From: a bacterium
GTDB taxonomy: Bacteria > Patescibacteriota > Minisyncoccia > UBA6257 > JAGOQP01
Direction of reading: 5' to 3'
DNA length: 64,000 bases
Assembly (NCBI GenBank): GCA_021801825.1
Contig: JAJYXK010000007.1
Location: forward strand, 24,509 to 88,508
In this document: positions 49,251 to 58,541 of the stretch, piece after piece
How the letters are laid out: every line of letters begins with the position of its first letter
How positions within the stretch are numbered: the stretch's first letter is position 1
The notes under the pieces: generated by a model
Seen by the model: only the letters and a program-made list of their open reading frames with translations
Database searches by the model: none
Told to the model about the DNA's origin: nothing
Made by a program: the position numbers and the translations under genes

Positions 49251-50798
49251 TTACCCGTATAATAGTTGTTTTAGTAAACTTTCCCCACTCATATAGGGAG
49301 GTTTTGATAATCCAAGGAGCTCTAACACCGTAGGAGCTATATCAGTAAGAAGACCAATGGTCATGTGTTCACGTTGTTTTATAGTCATGGCATCTACGGG
49401 GCGGTAAAATCTTTTTCCTATTAAATAGACGGGTACGGGATTTGCATCATGTTTCGTTTCGGGTTCTCCGGTGGTGGGATTGAAAAGTCTCTCAGCATTA
49501 CCATGATCAGAGGTGATGATAAGTGTGGTGTTGTCTTTTTTTAATACTGTGGCTACTACTTTTGCAAGCTCTTCGTCTATTACATGAATTGCTTTTTCGG
49601 TAGCGGCATAATTTCCCGTGTGCGCAATCATGTCGGGATTTGCGTAATTCACCAGAATAAAATCAAATGTCTCTTCTTCAATGGCTTGCAGGAGGCGAGT
49701 AGTAATGGCGGGCGCCTGCATGGTGGGGTCATCATCTTGGCGGGGGAGCATGCGAGAGGGAATAAGAACGCGATATTCATTAGGAAACGGTTTGTCATTT
49801 AATCCATTAAAGAAAAAAGTGACATGGGCATATTTTTGGGTTTCAGCGATACGAAGTTGTGTTCTGCTTTGCTCGGCGAGTACCTTTCCTAAACAACCCT
49901 GAATTTTTTCCGGAGGGAACGCAATGGGAATGGTGAAATCTTCACGGAGGAGTGTCATAGAAGCAAAGTACACATTATTGAATTTCTTTACCGGAAATTG
50001 CGTAAAATAAGGATTTACAAAACTCTCTGCAATCTGTCTCATGCGGTCTTCACGGAAATTGAAAAAGAACACCGCATCATTATCGTGGATTGCATTTTCA
50101 CTAGAACCAATTCCTACGGGTAAAACGAACTCATCATTCAATTTCTTTGCGTAGGTTTGTTCTATGTGTTTTTGAATATCTCCTGATGCAATATATGGTC
50201 CCGTCCCCGTCAATGCCTCATAGGTGCGTTGTGTAAGATCCCAGTGTTTATCGCGATCCATGGCATAATATCGCCCCGAAACACTTCCCATATGATCAAG
50301 AGGAAACTGAGAAAGCGTTTTAAATCCGGCATAGGGATCGCTATCGCGTCCATCGGTGAAGAGATGTAAAACATAGGAAACCTGTTTTTGCTGCGCCATG
50401 GCAATAAGTTCCTTTAGATGTTCCGATGACGCGTGAATATTTGCTTGTCCTACTAGCCCTATTAAATGTATACGAGATTTATTTTGGAGCGCATGGTTAA
50501 ATGCATTGCAAATCGCGTCGTTTTTTTGAAAGGTTCCATCTTGGATTGCGAGACTGATACGAGGATAATGCTGATACATAATACTTCCGATTCCCATGGT
50601 AAGATGTCCTACTTCGCTATTACCCTCTTCTTTCCAGGGGAGTCCAACTGACATACCCGCTGACTGCAATGCGCCTGATGGAAAATTCTGCTTTACGTAT
50701 TCAAATGTTTTTGGTTTTACTTTATAGATGGGATTTGATTGATCATCTTGTCCAATACCCCAACCATCAAGAACCACAAGAACAACCGTATGTTTCAT
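49251..50798 (-). CDS. gpmI: 2,3-bisphosphoglycerate-independent phosphoglycerate mutase
   Basis: MKHTVVLVVLDGWGIG, SDHGNAE; ORF 49251..50819 trimmed to Met8. Confidence 0.85.
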   Translation of the reverse strand: MKHTVVLVVLDGWGIGQDDQSNPIYKVKPKTFEYVKQNFPSGALQSAGMSVGLPWKEEGNSEVGHLTMGIGSIMYQHYPRISLAIQDGTFQKNDAICNAFNHALQNKSRIHLIGLVGQANIHASSEHLKELIAMAQQKQVSYVLHLFTDGRDSDPYAGFKTLSQFPLDHMGSVSGRYYAMDRDKHWDLTQRTYEALTGTGPYIASGDIQKHIEQTYAKKLNDEFVLPVGIGSSENAIHDNDAVFFFNFREDRMRQIAESFVNPYFTQFPVKKFNNVYFASMTLLREDFTIPIAFPPEKIQGCLGKVLAEQSRTQLRIAETQKYAHVTFFFNGLNDKPFPNEYRVLIPSRMLPRQDDDPTMQAPAITTRLLQAIEEETFDFILVNYANPDMIAHTGNYAATEKAIHVIDEELAKVVATVLKKDNTTLIITSDHGNAERLFNPTTGEPETKHDANPVPVYLIGKRFYRPVDAMTIKQREHMTIGLLTDIAPTVLELLGLSKPPYMSGESLLKQLLYG

Positions 50799-51001
50799 AT
50801 ATAGTGAATGTCTGTGCATGCTAAGTATAGCATACCTTGCGGGCAGATTGACTCATATGAGAGGGGAGAGTATCATAGAAACATACCAGCATTACAAACT
50901 AACACATCTTCAGATGAATTCTTGTGTTATTCGGAACCAAATCTTTGAATATATAATGATCACAAGCGGAACCACACAACAGAGGAAGAATCTGGAGTTT
51001 T

Positions 51002-52531
51002 TTGGATATGATTACTACTATTATCAGCTCAATCGCTGCCCTCATAGTGGGTGCGGCGTTCGGATACTTAGTGCGACATCTCGTCGTATCTAAGCAGGCT
51101 CAGTCAATTGAGGAGACCATAAAGAAACAATTAGAAGAAAGCCGCATTAATGCAAACAATGTGGTGCTTGAGGCACAAGAAAAGGCATCGGGTATTTTGG
51201 AGGAAATAAAGAGAGAGGAGCGGGAGCGTAAAGCGCAAGCTGATAAAATTGAGGAGCGCTTGTTAAAACGAGAGGAGTCTTTAGAACAGCACGCGGTTGA
51301 TTTAAGAGAGAAAGAAAAACAGATTCAAAATGATTTGCAAAAATTAACCGAAGCAAAAGAATTTGTAACACAAGCAAAGGAACGCATTGGGCAAGAATTA
51401 CAACGAGTTGCGAACCTCTCTATTGAGGATGCGAAAGCGGCATTGTTTAAAGATGTTGAACAAAAGTATCAGCAAGATTTGGTTGAGTATGTGGCAAAAT
51501 TGATGCAACAACGACGAGAAGAAGTTGAGAAAAAAATCATCGGAATTCTGACAACAGTTATGCAACGATATAGTCGTTCGTCAGCGGCAGAATTTACTAC
51601 CACCAGTGTGAATCTTCCCGATGAAGATTTTAAGGGAAAGATTATTGGAAAAGAGGGAAGAAATATTCGTGCGTTAGAACGATTAACGGGTGTTGAGCTT
51701 ATTGTTGATGAAACTCCTGATACTATCGTGATTTCATCGTTCGATCCGGTACGCCGAGAGGTAGCAAAAACATCTTTAGAAAAATTGATAAAAGATGGGC
51801 GTATTCAACCCGCAAAGATTGAGGAGAAAGTGGAGGAAGCAAAGCAGGAGGTAACGAAAAAAATGCAAGAAGCGGCAGAGGCGGCGGCGTATGAAATTGG
51901 TATTTTTGATTTACCAAAAGAAATTATACAAATCTTGGGACGGCTTCATTTTCGTACCAGCTATGGACAAAATGTATTGCGTCACTCGGTAGAGGTTGCG
52001 CTTTTTGCGGGGATGATTGCGGAAGAATTAGGTTTGAATGTGGATGTGGCAAAACGAGGAGCCCTATTGCATGATATTGGAAAAGCGATTGATCATGAGG
52101 TGCAGGGGAGCCACGTGGAGATCGGAAGAAAAATTCTTAAAAAATATAATGTGGATGAGCGCATTATCCAGGCCATGGAGGCTCACCACGATGAATATCC
52201 CTATGCAACCTCTGAGGCATATGTAGTTGCGGCGGCTGATGCTCTTTCTGCGGCACGCCCTGGAGCCCGTCGTGATACTTTAGAAAATTATCTCAAGCGA
52301 TTACAAGAGTTGGAAAATATTGCGGGGCAGTTTGGGGGAGTAAAACAGGCATATGCAATTTCTGCAGGACGAGAATTGCGTATCTTTGTGACACCTGAAA
52401 AAATTGATGATTTTGGGGCGCTAGAGTTGGCGCGCGAGGTAGCTCGTCGCATTGAATCAGAATTAAAATATCCAGGAGAGATTAAGGTTATTGTGGTGCG
52501 AGAAACACGAGCGGTGGAGTATGCCAAGTAA
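51002..52531 (+). CDS. rny: Ribonuclease Y
   Basis: N-terminal TM, coiled-coil, KH domain (IIGKEGRNIRALERLTGVELIVDETP), HD domain (LLHDIGKA...HH). Confidence 0.85.
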   Translation: MDMITTIISSIAALIVGAAFGYLVRHLVVSKQAQSIEETIKKQLEESRINANNVVLEAQEKASGILEEIKREERERKAQADKIEERLLKREESLEQHAVDLREKEKQIQNDLQKLTEAKEFVTQAKERIGQELQRVANLSIEDAKAALFKDVEQKYQQDLVEYVAKLMQQRREEVEKKIIGILTTVMQRYSRSSAAEFTTTSVNLPDEDFKGKIIGKEGRNIRALERLTGVELIVDETPDTIVISSFDPVRREVAKTSLEKLIKDGRIQPAKIEEKVEEAKQEVTKKMQEAAEAAAYEIGIFDLPKEIIQILGRLHFRTSYGQNVLRHSVEVALFAGMIAEELGLNVDVAKRGALLHDIGKAIDHEVQGSHVEIGRKILKKYNVDERIIQAMEAHHDEYPYATSEAYVVAAADALSAARPGARRDTLENYLKRLQELENIAGQFGGVKQAYAISAGRELRIFVTPEKIDDFGALELAREVARRIESELKYPGEIKVIVVRETRAVEYAK

Positions 52532-52575
52532 TGAGGGGTAAGTTGATAGGGATTAGGGGATAGTTATGAAAATCC

Positions 52576-52603
52576 AAAACCCGCTATATGGCGGGTTTTG
52601 GAT
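52576..52603. terminator. Terminator after rny (aaaacccgc-tatatg-gcgggtttt)
   Basis: 9-bp stem including A/T arms. Confidence 0.55.
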
Positions 52604-52626
52604 TGTAGCTTATTAATACTTAATAT

Positions 52627-52718
52627 CCCGACGTAAAGCTCCGACGTTTCAGTCGGAGAGCCGACTCATTACGTCCTGGCTTCGGGACCCCGACCTCTTT
52701 GTAAAAAGAGCGTCGGGG
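52627..52718. other. GC-rich multi-hairpin element C: outer pairing cccgacg...cgtcggg enclosing hairpins ctccga-N8-tcggag, gtcc-N8-ggac, ctcttt-N6-aaagag
   Basis: Structured 92-nt island 16 nt upstream of dedA ATG; shares ATCCCGACG with typA upstream palindrome. Confidence 0.45.
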
Positions 52719-52733
52719 CTTTATACTATTTCT

Positions 52734-53360
52734 ATGATTTATTCGGTTCTCGCATTTATTGCTAATATTATTATAGTAATCATTAGTAAAACGGGATATC
52801 TCGGTATCGGAATATTAATGGCAATTGATAGTTGTAATATTCCTATTCCATCCGAAGTCACCATGCCATTTGCTGGATTCTTGGCACAAAATGGAACTCT
52901 TTCTCTATGGGTGATTATTCTTGCGGGAACTATAGGAAGCGTTATTGGCTCTATTGTTTCTTATTACATTGCGAATTGGATAATTTCTCACCGAACAAAA
53001 AACAAAGTCCTACATAAAATTTTTTCAGATCATTCTGTCGCTACTGCAGAGCGATGGTTCCAAAAATATGGAAACGCTTCGGTATTTTTCGGGCGCATGG
53101 TCCCCGTGGTGCGTACCTTTATTTCACTTCCGGCAGGGGTCGCGCGAATGAAGCTTTCTTCATTTGTATGGTTTACGGCCGCGGGGTCATTAGTGTGGTC
53201 TTTCATTCTTGCATACGGAGGATATGTACTAGGGGAACAATGGCAACATATTGAAAACTACACACGTCAATTTGAATATATAATATTAGCCGCAGTGATT
53301 GTTATAGGGGCAATTTTTCTTATAAAAAGGAGTAGAATAAAAACAAAAAATTCTGCATAG
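52734..53360 (+). CDS. DedA/SNARE-associated (VTT-domain) family membrane protein
   Basis: GYLGIGILMAIDSCNIPIPSEVTMPFAGF signature region. Confidence 0.7.
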   Translation: MIYSVLAFIANIIIVIISKTGYLGIGILMAIDSCNIPIPSEVTMPFAGFLAQNGTLSLWVIILAGTIGSVIGSIVSYYIANWIISHRTKNKVLHKIFSDHSVATAERWFQKYGNASVFFGRMVPVVRTFISLPAGVARMKLSSFVWFTAAGSLVWSFILAYGGYVLGEQWQHIENYTRQFEYIILAAVIVIGAIFLIKRSRIKTKNSA

Positions 53361-53385
53361 TTTTTTGATGTGATATACTTTTAGT

Positions 53386-54117
53386 ATGAAAAATCCATGT
53401 ATTGTGTGTAATTGGAAAATGAATCCCGCTTCTCAAAAAGAGGCCGCTGCGCTTGCTCGAGAAATAACGCGTGCGGCAAAATCAAAAAAAGGCGAGGTTA
53501 TTATTGCTCCACCAGCAATCTACCTATCGACCGTTAAGAATGAACACACCCATGTTGCATTACAAGATGTGTCGGAATACGCCAAAGGGGCTCACACCGG
53601 ATCAATTTCTGCATCTATGGCAAAGAATATGGGGGCCTCGTATGTTATTGTGGGTCATTCCGAGAGACGGAGAGAACAACACGAAACAAATGAACAGATA
53701 GCACAAAAGATTGAACGCGCGTATGAAGCAAAATTAACTCCCATTATATGTGTGGGAGAATTAAAAAAAGAAACCCCTGAGCGTGCGTGGGGGAAAATAA
53801 AAAAGCAATTAGATGAAATTATCCCATCCCTTAAAAAGGGAAAAGGGGTTATTGCGTATGAACCTGTGTGGGCGATTGGAGGTGATAAAAAAACTGATAG
53901 CGCCTACGCGCAGGCAATGATGTATCGCATTAAATTATATATACGGATGCAGGCGCAACTTATAACGCCAATTCTTTATGGAGGAAGTGTCAATTGTAAA
54001 AACATAGAAGATTTCTTAGAATATAAAGACAGCATAGACGGATTTCTTGTCGGATCCGCTAGTGCGCAAAAAAAAGAAATAACAACATTAATAAAAAAAA
54101 TTTATGGATCTTATTAA
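53386..54117 (+). CDS. tpiA: Triosephosphate isomerase
   Basis: NWKMN, VIVGHSERR, AYEPVWAIG. Confidence 0.85.
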   Translation: MKNPCIVCNWKMNPASQKEAAALAREITRAAKSKKGEVIIAPPAIYLSTVKNEHTHVALQDVSEYAKGAHTGSISASMAKNMGASYVIVGHSERRREQHETNEQIAQKIERAYEAKLTPIICVGELKKETPERAWGKIKKQLDEIIPSLKKGKGVIAYEPVWAIGGDKKTDSAYAQAMMYRIKLYIRMQAQLITPILYGGSVNCKNIEDFLEYKDSIDGFLVGSASAQKKEITTLIKKIYGSY

Positions 54118-54943
54118 AGAAAAGAAAGCTCTCTTAGGAGCATTAACTGGATTGGCAGGAGTCGCCATTGTGGTATTGTTGTACATAATGTTCTGGGGAG
54201 TGTTAGAACCGCAAGAACAGTTTCCGGCGCGTAATATCTCGGTATCAGCGACGGGTAAAGCGGTTGCTAAACCAGATATTGCTGTGACTTCGTTTTCGGT
54301 AGTTTCAGAGGGGACGGACATAAAAGCAATTTCTGATCAGAATAACGAGACGATTGGTAAGGCGGTATCTTTTTTGAAAGAAAAAGGAATTGATGAAAAA
54401 GATATACAAACCGTAGAGTACAATTTATCTCCCGTGTATTCTCAAAAGACATACGCGCCATCAGCAATCTTATCTACTCCGTCGGTAAATATGCGTACGC
54501 AACCAGTTAGTGCTCCTGTTATAGAAACGACTACTGCTCCGACCATTGTAAAATATTCTCTGACGCAGACGGTCCGTGTAAAAATTCGTGATTTTACTAA
54601 AACATCAGAAATTATTGGTGCCCTTGCTCCTATGGGAATCAATAAAGTAAGTCAAATTTCGTTTGGTATTGATGATCCTGAGGTATATAGGGCACAAGCG
54701 CGCGCGGAGGCTATAGAAAAAGCAAAAGCGAAAGCTCAGGTAATGGCACAGCAACTTGGCGTATCTCTTGGTCATTTGGTAAGTATTTCAGAATATGCGC
54801 AGGATAGTGGTTATCAACCAATGATGTCTGCGGTAAAAAGCATGGGGGGATATAGCGAAATAGCGGCTCCGGTGGCCCCCTCTATTGAAGCAGGAAGTCA
54901 AGAGGTTGTGGTAAACGCAAATATCACTTACGAAATTAAATAG
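54104..54943 (+). CDS. SIMPL/DUF541-domain secreted protein
   Basis: N-terminal TM/signal; domain architecture and C-terminal VVVNANITYEI typical of SIMPL family (from memory). Confidence 0.5.
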   Translation: MDLIKEKKALLGALTGLAGVAIVVLLYIMFWGVLEPQEQFPARNISVSATGKAVAKPDIAVTSFSVVSEGTDIKAISDQNNETIGKAVSFLKEKGIDEKDIQTVEYNLSPVYSQKTYAPSAILSTPSVNMRTQPVSAPVIETTTAPTIVKYSLTQTVRVKIRDFTKTSEIIGALAPMGINKVSQISFGIDDPEVYRAQARAEAIEKAKAKAQVMAQQLGVSLGHLVSISEYAQDSGYQPMMSAVKSMGGYSEIAAPVAPSIEAGSQEVVVNANITYEIK

Positions 54944-54955
54944 TTTTGTCATTAT

Positions 54956-55192
54956 ATGAATCTGTCACGCAAAAAGAGACGATGGGTTTCTATTGGAGTC
55001 GGTGTTATTGGATTAGTTACTATTGTGGGATTATCTGATTTGCTCTTTCTTATTCCAAGAGAAGAAACGATCCCAACGCCAACGATTGAGTCTGAGGTGG
55101 TTACCACCACCCCTAATGAGATAAACGTTCCTCTTACTATTCCGACAACCACTACCTCAACCCAAAAAACGGAGAATGAGTTTAAGTTATAG
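54956..55192 (+). CDS. Small membrane-anchored Thr-rich protein
   Basis: ORF track; TM WVSIGVGVIGLVTIVGL. Confidence 0.3.
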   Translation: MNLSRKKRRWVSIGVGVIGLVTIVGLSDLLFLIPREETIPTPTIESEVVTTTPNEINVPLTIPTTTTSTQKTENEFKL

Positions 55193-55199
55193 ATATAAG

Positions 55200-55275
55200 G
55201 TGACCCCGATAGTAGAAGCGAGCGCATTTCATGTATAACCGCTTCGCGGCAAGCTTGCTTCACTACGGGGTTCAA
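55200..55275. repeat. GC-rich hairpin element D (gaccccg...cggggtt outer stem; gaagcgagcgc / ccgcttcgcgg; palindrome gcaagcttgc)
   Basis: Contains CGCTTCG/GAAGCG motif pair of the CGAAGCGGG family. Confidence 0.5.
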
Positions 55276-55301
55276 GTGCGTATGTCTAAAACATACGCAC
55301 T
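55275..55301 (+). other. Perfect 10-bp hairpin agtgcgtatg-N7-catacgcact immediately upstream of promoter
   Basis: Read directly. Confidence 0.5.
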
Positions 55302-55328
55302 TGACTTTTGAAAAAATAGGAGTATAAT
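55301..55328 (+). promoter_or_regulatory. Sigma70-type promoter TTGACT-N16-TATAAT
   Basis: ttgacttttgaaaaaataggagtataat. Confidence 0.5.
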
Positions 55329-55334
55329 GCAAAT

Positions 55335-55425
55335 ATTGAGTGAGTTGATTTTGCCCATATTATTATAGGGGACAAAATTACCTCTTTTTCTCCGCCACCC
55401 AGCAATGGGTGGCGGAGTTTTTATT
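55335..55425 (+). ncRNA. Candidate ~90-nt small RNA delimited by consensus promoter and perfect 11-bp terminator (ctccgccaccc-agcaat-gggtggcggag + T5ATTT)
   Basis: No ORF longer than 15 codons inside. Confidence 0.35.
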
Positions 55426-55480
55426 TGCATGTTGATTAATTTTATGGTATAAAAATTGTAGAACATTTTTGGAGTCAAAC

Positions 55481-55615
55481 ATGAAAACGACTATAAAATA
55501 TAACGAACCAAGATGGGTCAGATTTTTAGGGAACCATCCGCTCTCTCTTCTGATTCCGATTACGGTAATTCCCACTGTTATTTATGTTGTTATAGGGTTT
55601 TCGGCGGCCCTATAG
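55481..55615 (+). CDS. Small hydrophobic peptide (44 aa) with RBS ggag and downstream terminator
   Basis: MKTTIKYNEPRWVRFLGNHPLSLLIPITVIPTVIYVVIGFSAAL*. Confidence 0.35.
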   Translation: MKTTIKYNEPRWVRFLGNHPLSLLIPITVIPTVIYVVIGFSAAL

Positions 55616-55621
55616 CACAGA

Positions 55622-55676
55622 CCCCCTCCTCCCTTGATCCGCGTGTTTCTTGCGGAAGCGGGGAGGCTTTTTATTA
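55622..55676 (+). terminator. GC-rich terminator-like hairpin(s) + T5 (ccgc-N9-gcgg, aagcggggagg motif) = family element E
   Basis: cccctcctcccttgatccgcgtgtttcttgcggaagcggggaggcttttt. Confidence 0.4.
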
Positions 55677-55719
55677 TAGTTGCTATTTATGGTGGGGGAT
55701 TTATACTCATAACATCTGT

Positions 55720-56625
55720 ATGCCAAAGAAAAAAAATATTGAAATATCCAAAGGAGCAGTTTTATACGGATATGATGAAATTGTTCAATCTTTAAAAAAA
55801 CTCGCAGATGATAGGCGGCTTTCTCATACCTATATTTTTTTTGGAGAACCGCAGGTTGGCAAATTTTTGTGCGCAAAAACACTCGCTAACTATCTTGAAA
55901 AAGGAGTGTGGGTGGAACCAGTGCATACACTACAAGAAACGCTTATAGTTGACATGACGCAACAAGAGGATGATTCTGAAGAGTCGGCGGAGAGTATTGG
56001 TATCGCAACCGCTCGTCGCGTAGCTTATTTTTTACATCAACAACCGGCCCTTTCTCCTTATAGAGTGGTTATTATTCGTGATGGGGAATGGCTTACTGAT
56101 CAAGCCCAGAACGCATTATTAAAAACACTTGAAGAGCCTCCGGAGCATAGTGTGATTATTCTTATTGCTACTGATAGCAGCGCATTTTTGCCCGCAGTTG
56201 CCTCTCGGGCGCAAAAAATCTACTTCAAAACGCTCTCAAATGAACAGATGCTTGACTTTTGCGATAGGAGTGGTATAATAAAAGACACAAACTTAGTACA
56301 AAAGTCTTTTGGAAGAATAGGTCGTTTACAGTCTCTTTTGGAGCCACAAAAAAACAGCGAAGTTATTGATCGCTTGGTGCGAGACATATGCACTCCCCAA
56401 ACATCGGATATGGCGCGAGAAAAATTGGTTGATGCGATTATCGCATTTGATCAAAAAAATCCTCATAACCTACCGGCGTTACAAGAGGCGCTTATGATGG
56501 AATTCTATACTCAGAAAAAATATTATTATGCTCTCAAAGAGATACTACAACTTATTACCAACACACAGACTTTGACGCTAAGTAAGCGAATTCATCTAAA
56601 AAAACTACTATGTCTGATAAATTAA
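55720..56625 (+). CDS. holB: DNA polymerase III delta-prime subunit (clamp-loader)
   Basis: P-loop-like FFGEPQVGKF, NALLKTLEEPP; ORF 55513..56625 trimmed to Met70. Confidence 0.7.
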   Translation: MPKKKNIEISKGAVLYGYDEIVQSLKKLADDRRLSHTYIFFGEPQVGKFLCAKTLANYLEKGVWVEPVHTLQETLIVDMTQQEDDSEESAESIGIATARRVAYFLHQQPALSPYRVVIIRDGEWLTDQAQNALLKTLEEPPEHSVIILIATDSSAFLPAVASRAQKIYFKTLSNEQMLDFCDRSGIIKDTNLVQKSFGRIGRLQSLLEPQKNSEVIDRLVRDICTPQTSDMAREKLVDAIIAFDQKNPHNLPALQEALMMEFYTQKKYYYALKEILQLITNTQTLTLSKRIHLKKLLCLIN

Positions 56626-57722
56626 TTTTTACTTTAATGTTGGGTATCTCCGTTATAGGCGCATACATAGGTATATCGGGAGTATCAAGCGCGTTGGGTG
56701 CTTCATTTGATGTGGGTGATTTAGCCCCCTCACTTTCTTCAGGGGCTTCTATTGGAGCGGGGAGTGGATTTCTTGCTTCTGCGGCGTCAGTTATTGGTGG
56801 AGCTTCTTCACATGAAGCAAGCCACTTTCTTATTTCATTTGATTCATTGAAAAATGTACACCAAGCAACCATCAGCGCTCAAGAAGGAGGATTAAGAATA
56901 TATGATGTTGATGTTGCTACACACACAGCTCCTGAAACTATAATTATTTCCACCAACAAGGGATTATATTACAGCAATAACACTGGTCTTACCTGGCACA
57001 TAGTTACTTCTGCAAAAGGAGAAATAAATGAAAATAGTGTTATCTTGCGAGTTATTCCTGCGGAAAATAATGCGTATATAGTGTCGGTGTTTCAAAATGG
57101 GATCGGATCGGTGTATTACACGCAAGACATGTTTAAAACGATGAAACGTTTGGTTTATTTCACTGACGAGGGAGTATATGACATGGCCTTGTATGGAAAT
57201 ACTCTTTATTTAGGTATGTCAAATGGACAATTGATTCAATATGACAGAACAAAAGAAACGTTTACGGTGGTACGCACGTTTCCTTCTCCCGTAGTACGAT
57301 TTTATGATAACGGAGACGGATTCTTTTATGCATTTTTGAAATCAGGAACTCTTATGCAGGCAGTTGGTCCCATGGGAGACTTTGGTAAAATTAAAGTAGG
57401 TGGAGGATGGTTTTCTTCGGGAACTATTAGAAATGTTGGATTTGCTTCATCGGGCGATATGTACGTGTTAGGAAAAGATGGGGTGTATAAAAGTGAAAAT
57501 TATGGAGTAACGTTTGATTTGATAGATAATATTCCATTACTTAAAAAACAAATTGACGCGCTCGCGGTTTTGGGAAACACCGTATATGTCATATCCGACG
57601 GACGCATGTATGTAAGCTCAGACAGTGGTAAGAGTTGGAAACTGCAAGACAACATTCCGCTTGATTTTATAGTAAATCAATTCTACTTCTTAGGAGGAGG
57701 ACGAGTGATATTGAGTGAATAG
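56610..57722 (+). CDS. Secreted BNR/beta-propeller-like protein
   Basis: Signal/TM N-terminus; Gly/Ser/Ala low-complexity; SDSGKSW BNR-type repeat. Confidence 0.5.
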   Translation: MSDKLIFTLMLGISVIGAYIGISGVSSALGASFDVGDLAPSLSSGASIGAGSGFLASAASVIGGASSHEASHFLISFDSLKNVHQATISAQEGGLRIYDVDVATHTAPETIIISTNKGLYYSNNTGLTWHIVTSAKGEINENSVILRVIPAENNAYIVSVFQNGIGSVYYTQDMFKTMKRLVYFTDEGVYDMALYGNTLYLGMSNGQLIQYDRTKETFTVVRTFPSPVVRFYDNGDGFFYAFLKSGTLMQAVGPMGDFGKIKVGGGWFSSGTIRNVGFASSGDMYVLGKDGVYKSENYGVTFDLIDNIPLLKKQIDALAVLGNTVYVISDGRMYVSSDSGKSWKLQDNIPLDFIVNQFYFLGGGRVILSE

Positions 57723-57761
57723 GGCCTAGTGTTTAGTGACTAGTAGGGTGTAAGGACTTTG

Positions 57762-57790
57762 TTGTCAAAAATAGTTTACACTAGTATAAT
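57762..57790 (+). promoter_or_regulatory. Sigma70-type promoter TTGTCA-N17-TATAAT
   Basis: gttgtcaaaaatagtttacactagtataat. Confidence 0.5.
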
Positions 57791-57819
57791 ATAACTAATT
57801 TTAATTAATAAAAATTATT

Positions 57820-58455
57820 ATGAATAATTTCGAAAAGTTAGGGAAAACCACGGATACGATAGAAAGAAATCAAGAAGCCAAACTCAGAGAGTTTAAGGAA
57901 AAAGAACTTCCACAATTAAGAGAGAGAGCTCGGGAAATTGCCCAAAAGTTAGGAAGAGATGTTATAAAAAAAGCTTATGGGTTTCCCGAATCATACAGTG
58001 ATGAGCGAATAGATGGAATGATCAATAAAGAAATTACAAATTGGGCCCTAACATCTTTAGCGTTCGCAGAAAAGATGAAAGATGTTGAGATTACCGATGA
58101 AATGTGTAATAGAGAGAATTTTAATAGTGAACTTTACGAAGGAATATTTGATGGGGTTGACGAAGAAGAGCGTTATGACAAATATCTTGGTCTTTTAAAT
58201 CCTGATTCTATACAAAAACTGACAGAAAAAATACTTCCAGAATTAATTAAAAGTCATACTTACGGGTATAGTAATAAAGAGGGTAAGATAAAGAAGGGGG
58301 ATGACAATACTTTTTGTAATATGAGGATATTTGAATTAAAATTCGGAAAGAATGGAACTATGTTTTTTGAGGGAGAATATTATGATACTGATGGAGCTAC
58401 TTATGATGAAAGTCATGGGGAAAGTTGTCATATTGAGATAGAAAAAGTTGATTAG
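57820..58455 (+). CDS. Hypothetical cytoplasmic protein (211 aa)
   Basis: ORF track; promoter upstream, terminator downstream. Confidence 0.5.
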   Translation: MNNFEKLGKTTDTIERNQEAKLREFKEKELPQLRERAREIAQKLGRDVIKKAYGFPESYSDERIDGMINKEITNWALTSLAFAEKMKDVEITDEMCNRENFNSELYEGIFDGVDEEERYDKYLGLLNPDSIQKLTEKILPELIKSHTYGYSNKEGKIKKGDDNTFCNMRIFELKFGKNGTMFFEGEYYDTDGATYDESHGESCHIEIEKVD

Positions 58456-58476
58456 TTAAATTGTGAATAAAATATT

Positions 58477-58501
58477 AAAATCCGCCCAAGGGCGGATTTT
58501 T
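58477..58501 (+). terminator. Rho-independent terminator (aaaatccgccc-aag-ggcggatttt)
   Basis: Perfect stem + T-run. Confidence 0.6.
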
Positions 58502-58541
58502 AGTAATTGGAAATTGGGGTTTTTTTTGCTACACTAATCAA

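Noticed and set aside
50818-51093. ORF 50818..51093(+)
   Set aside because: It overlaps the rny start and the gpmI upstream region, and the rny N-terminus is the expected reading.
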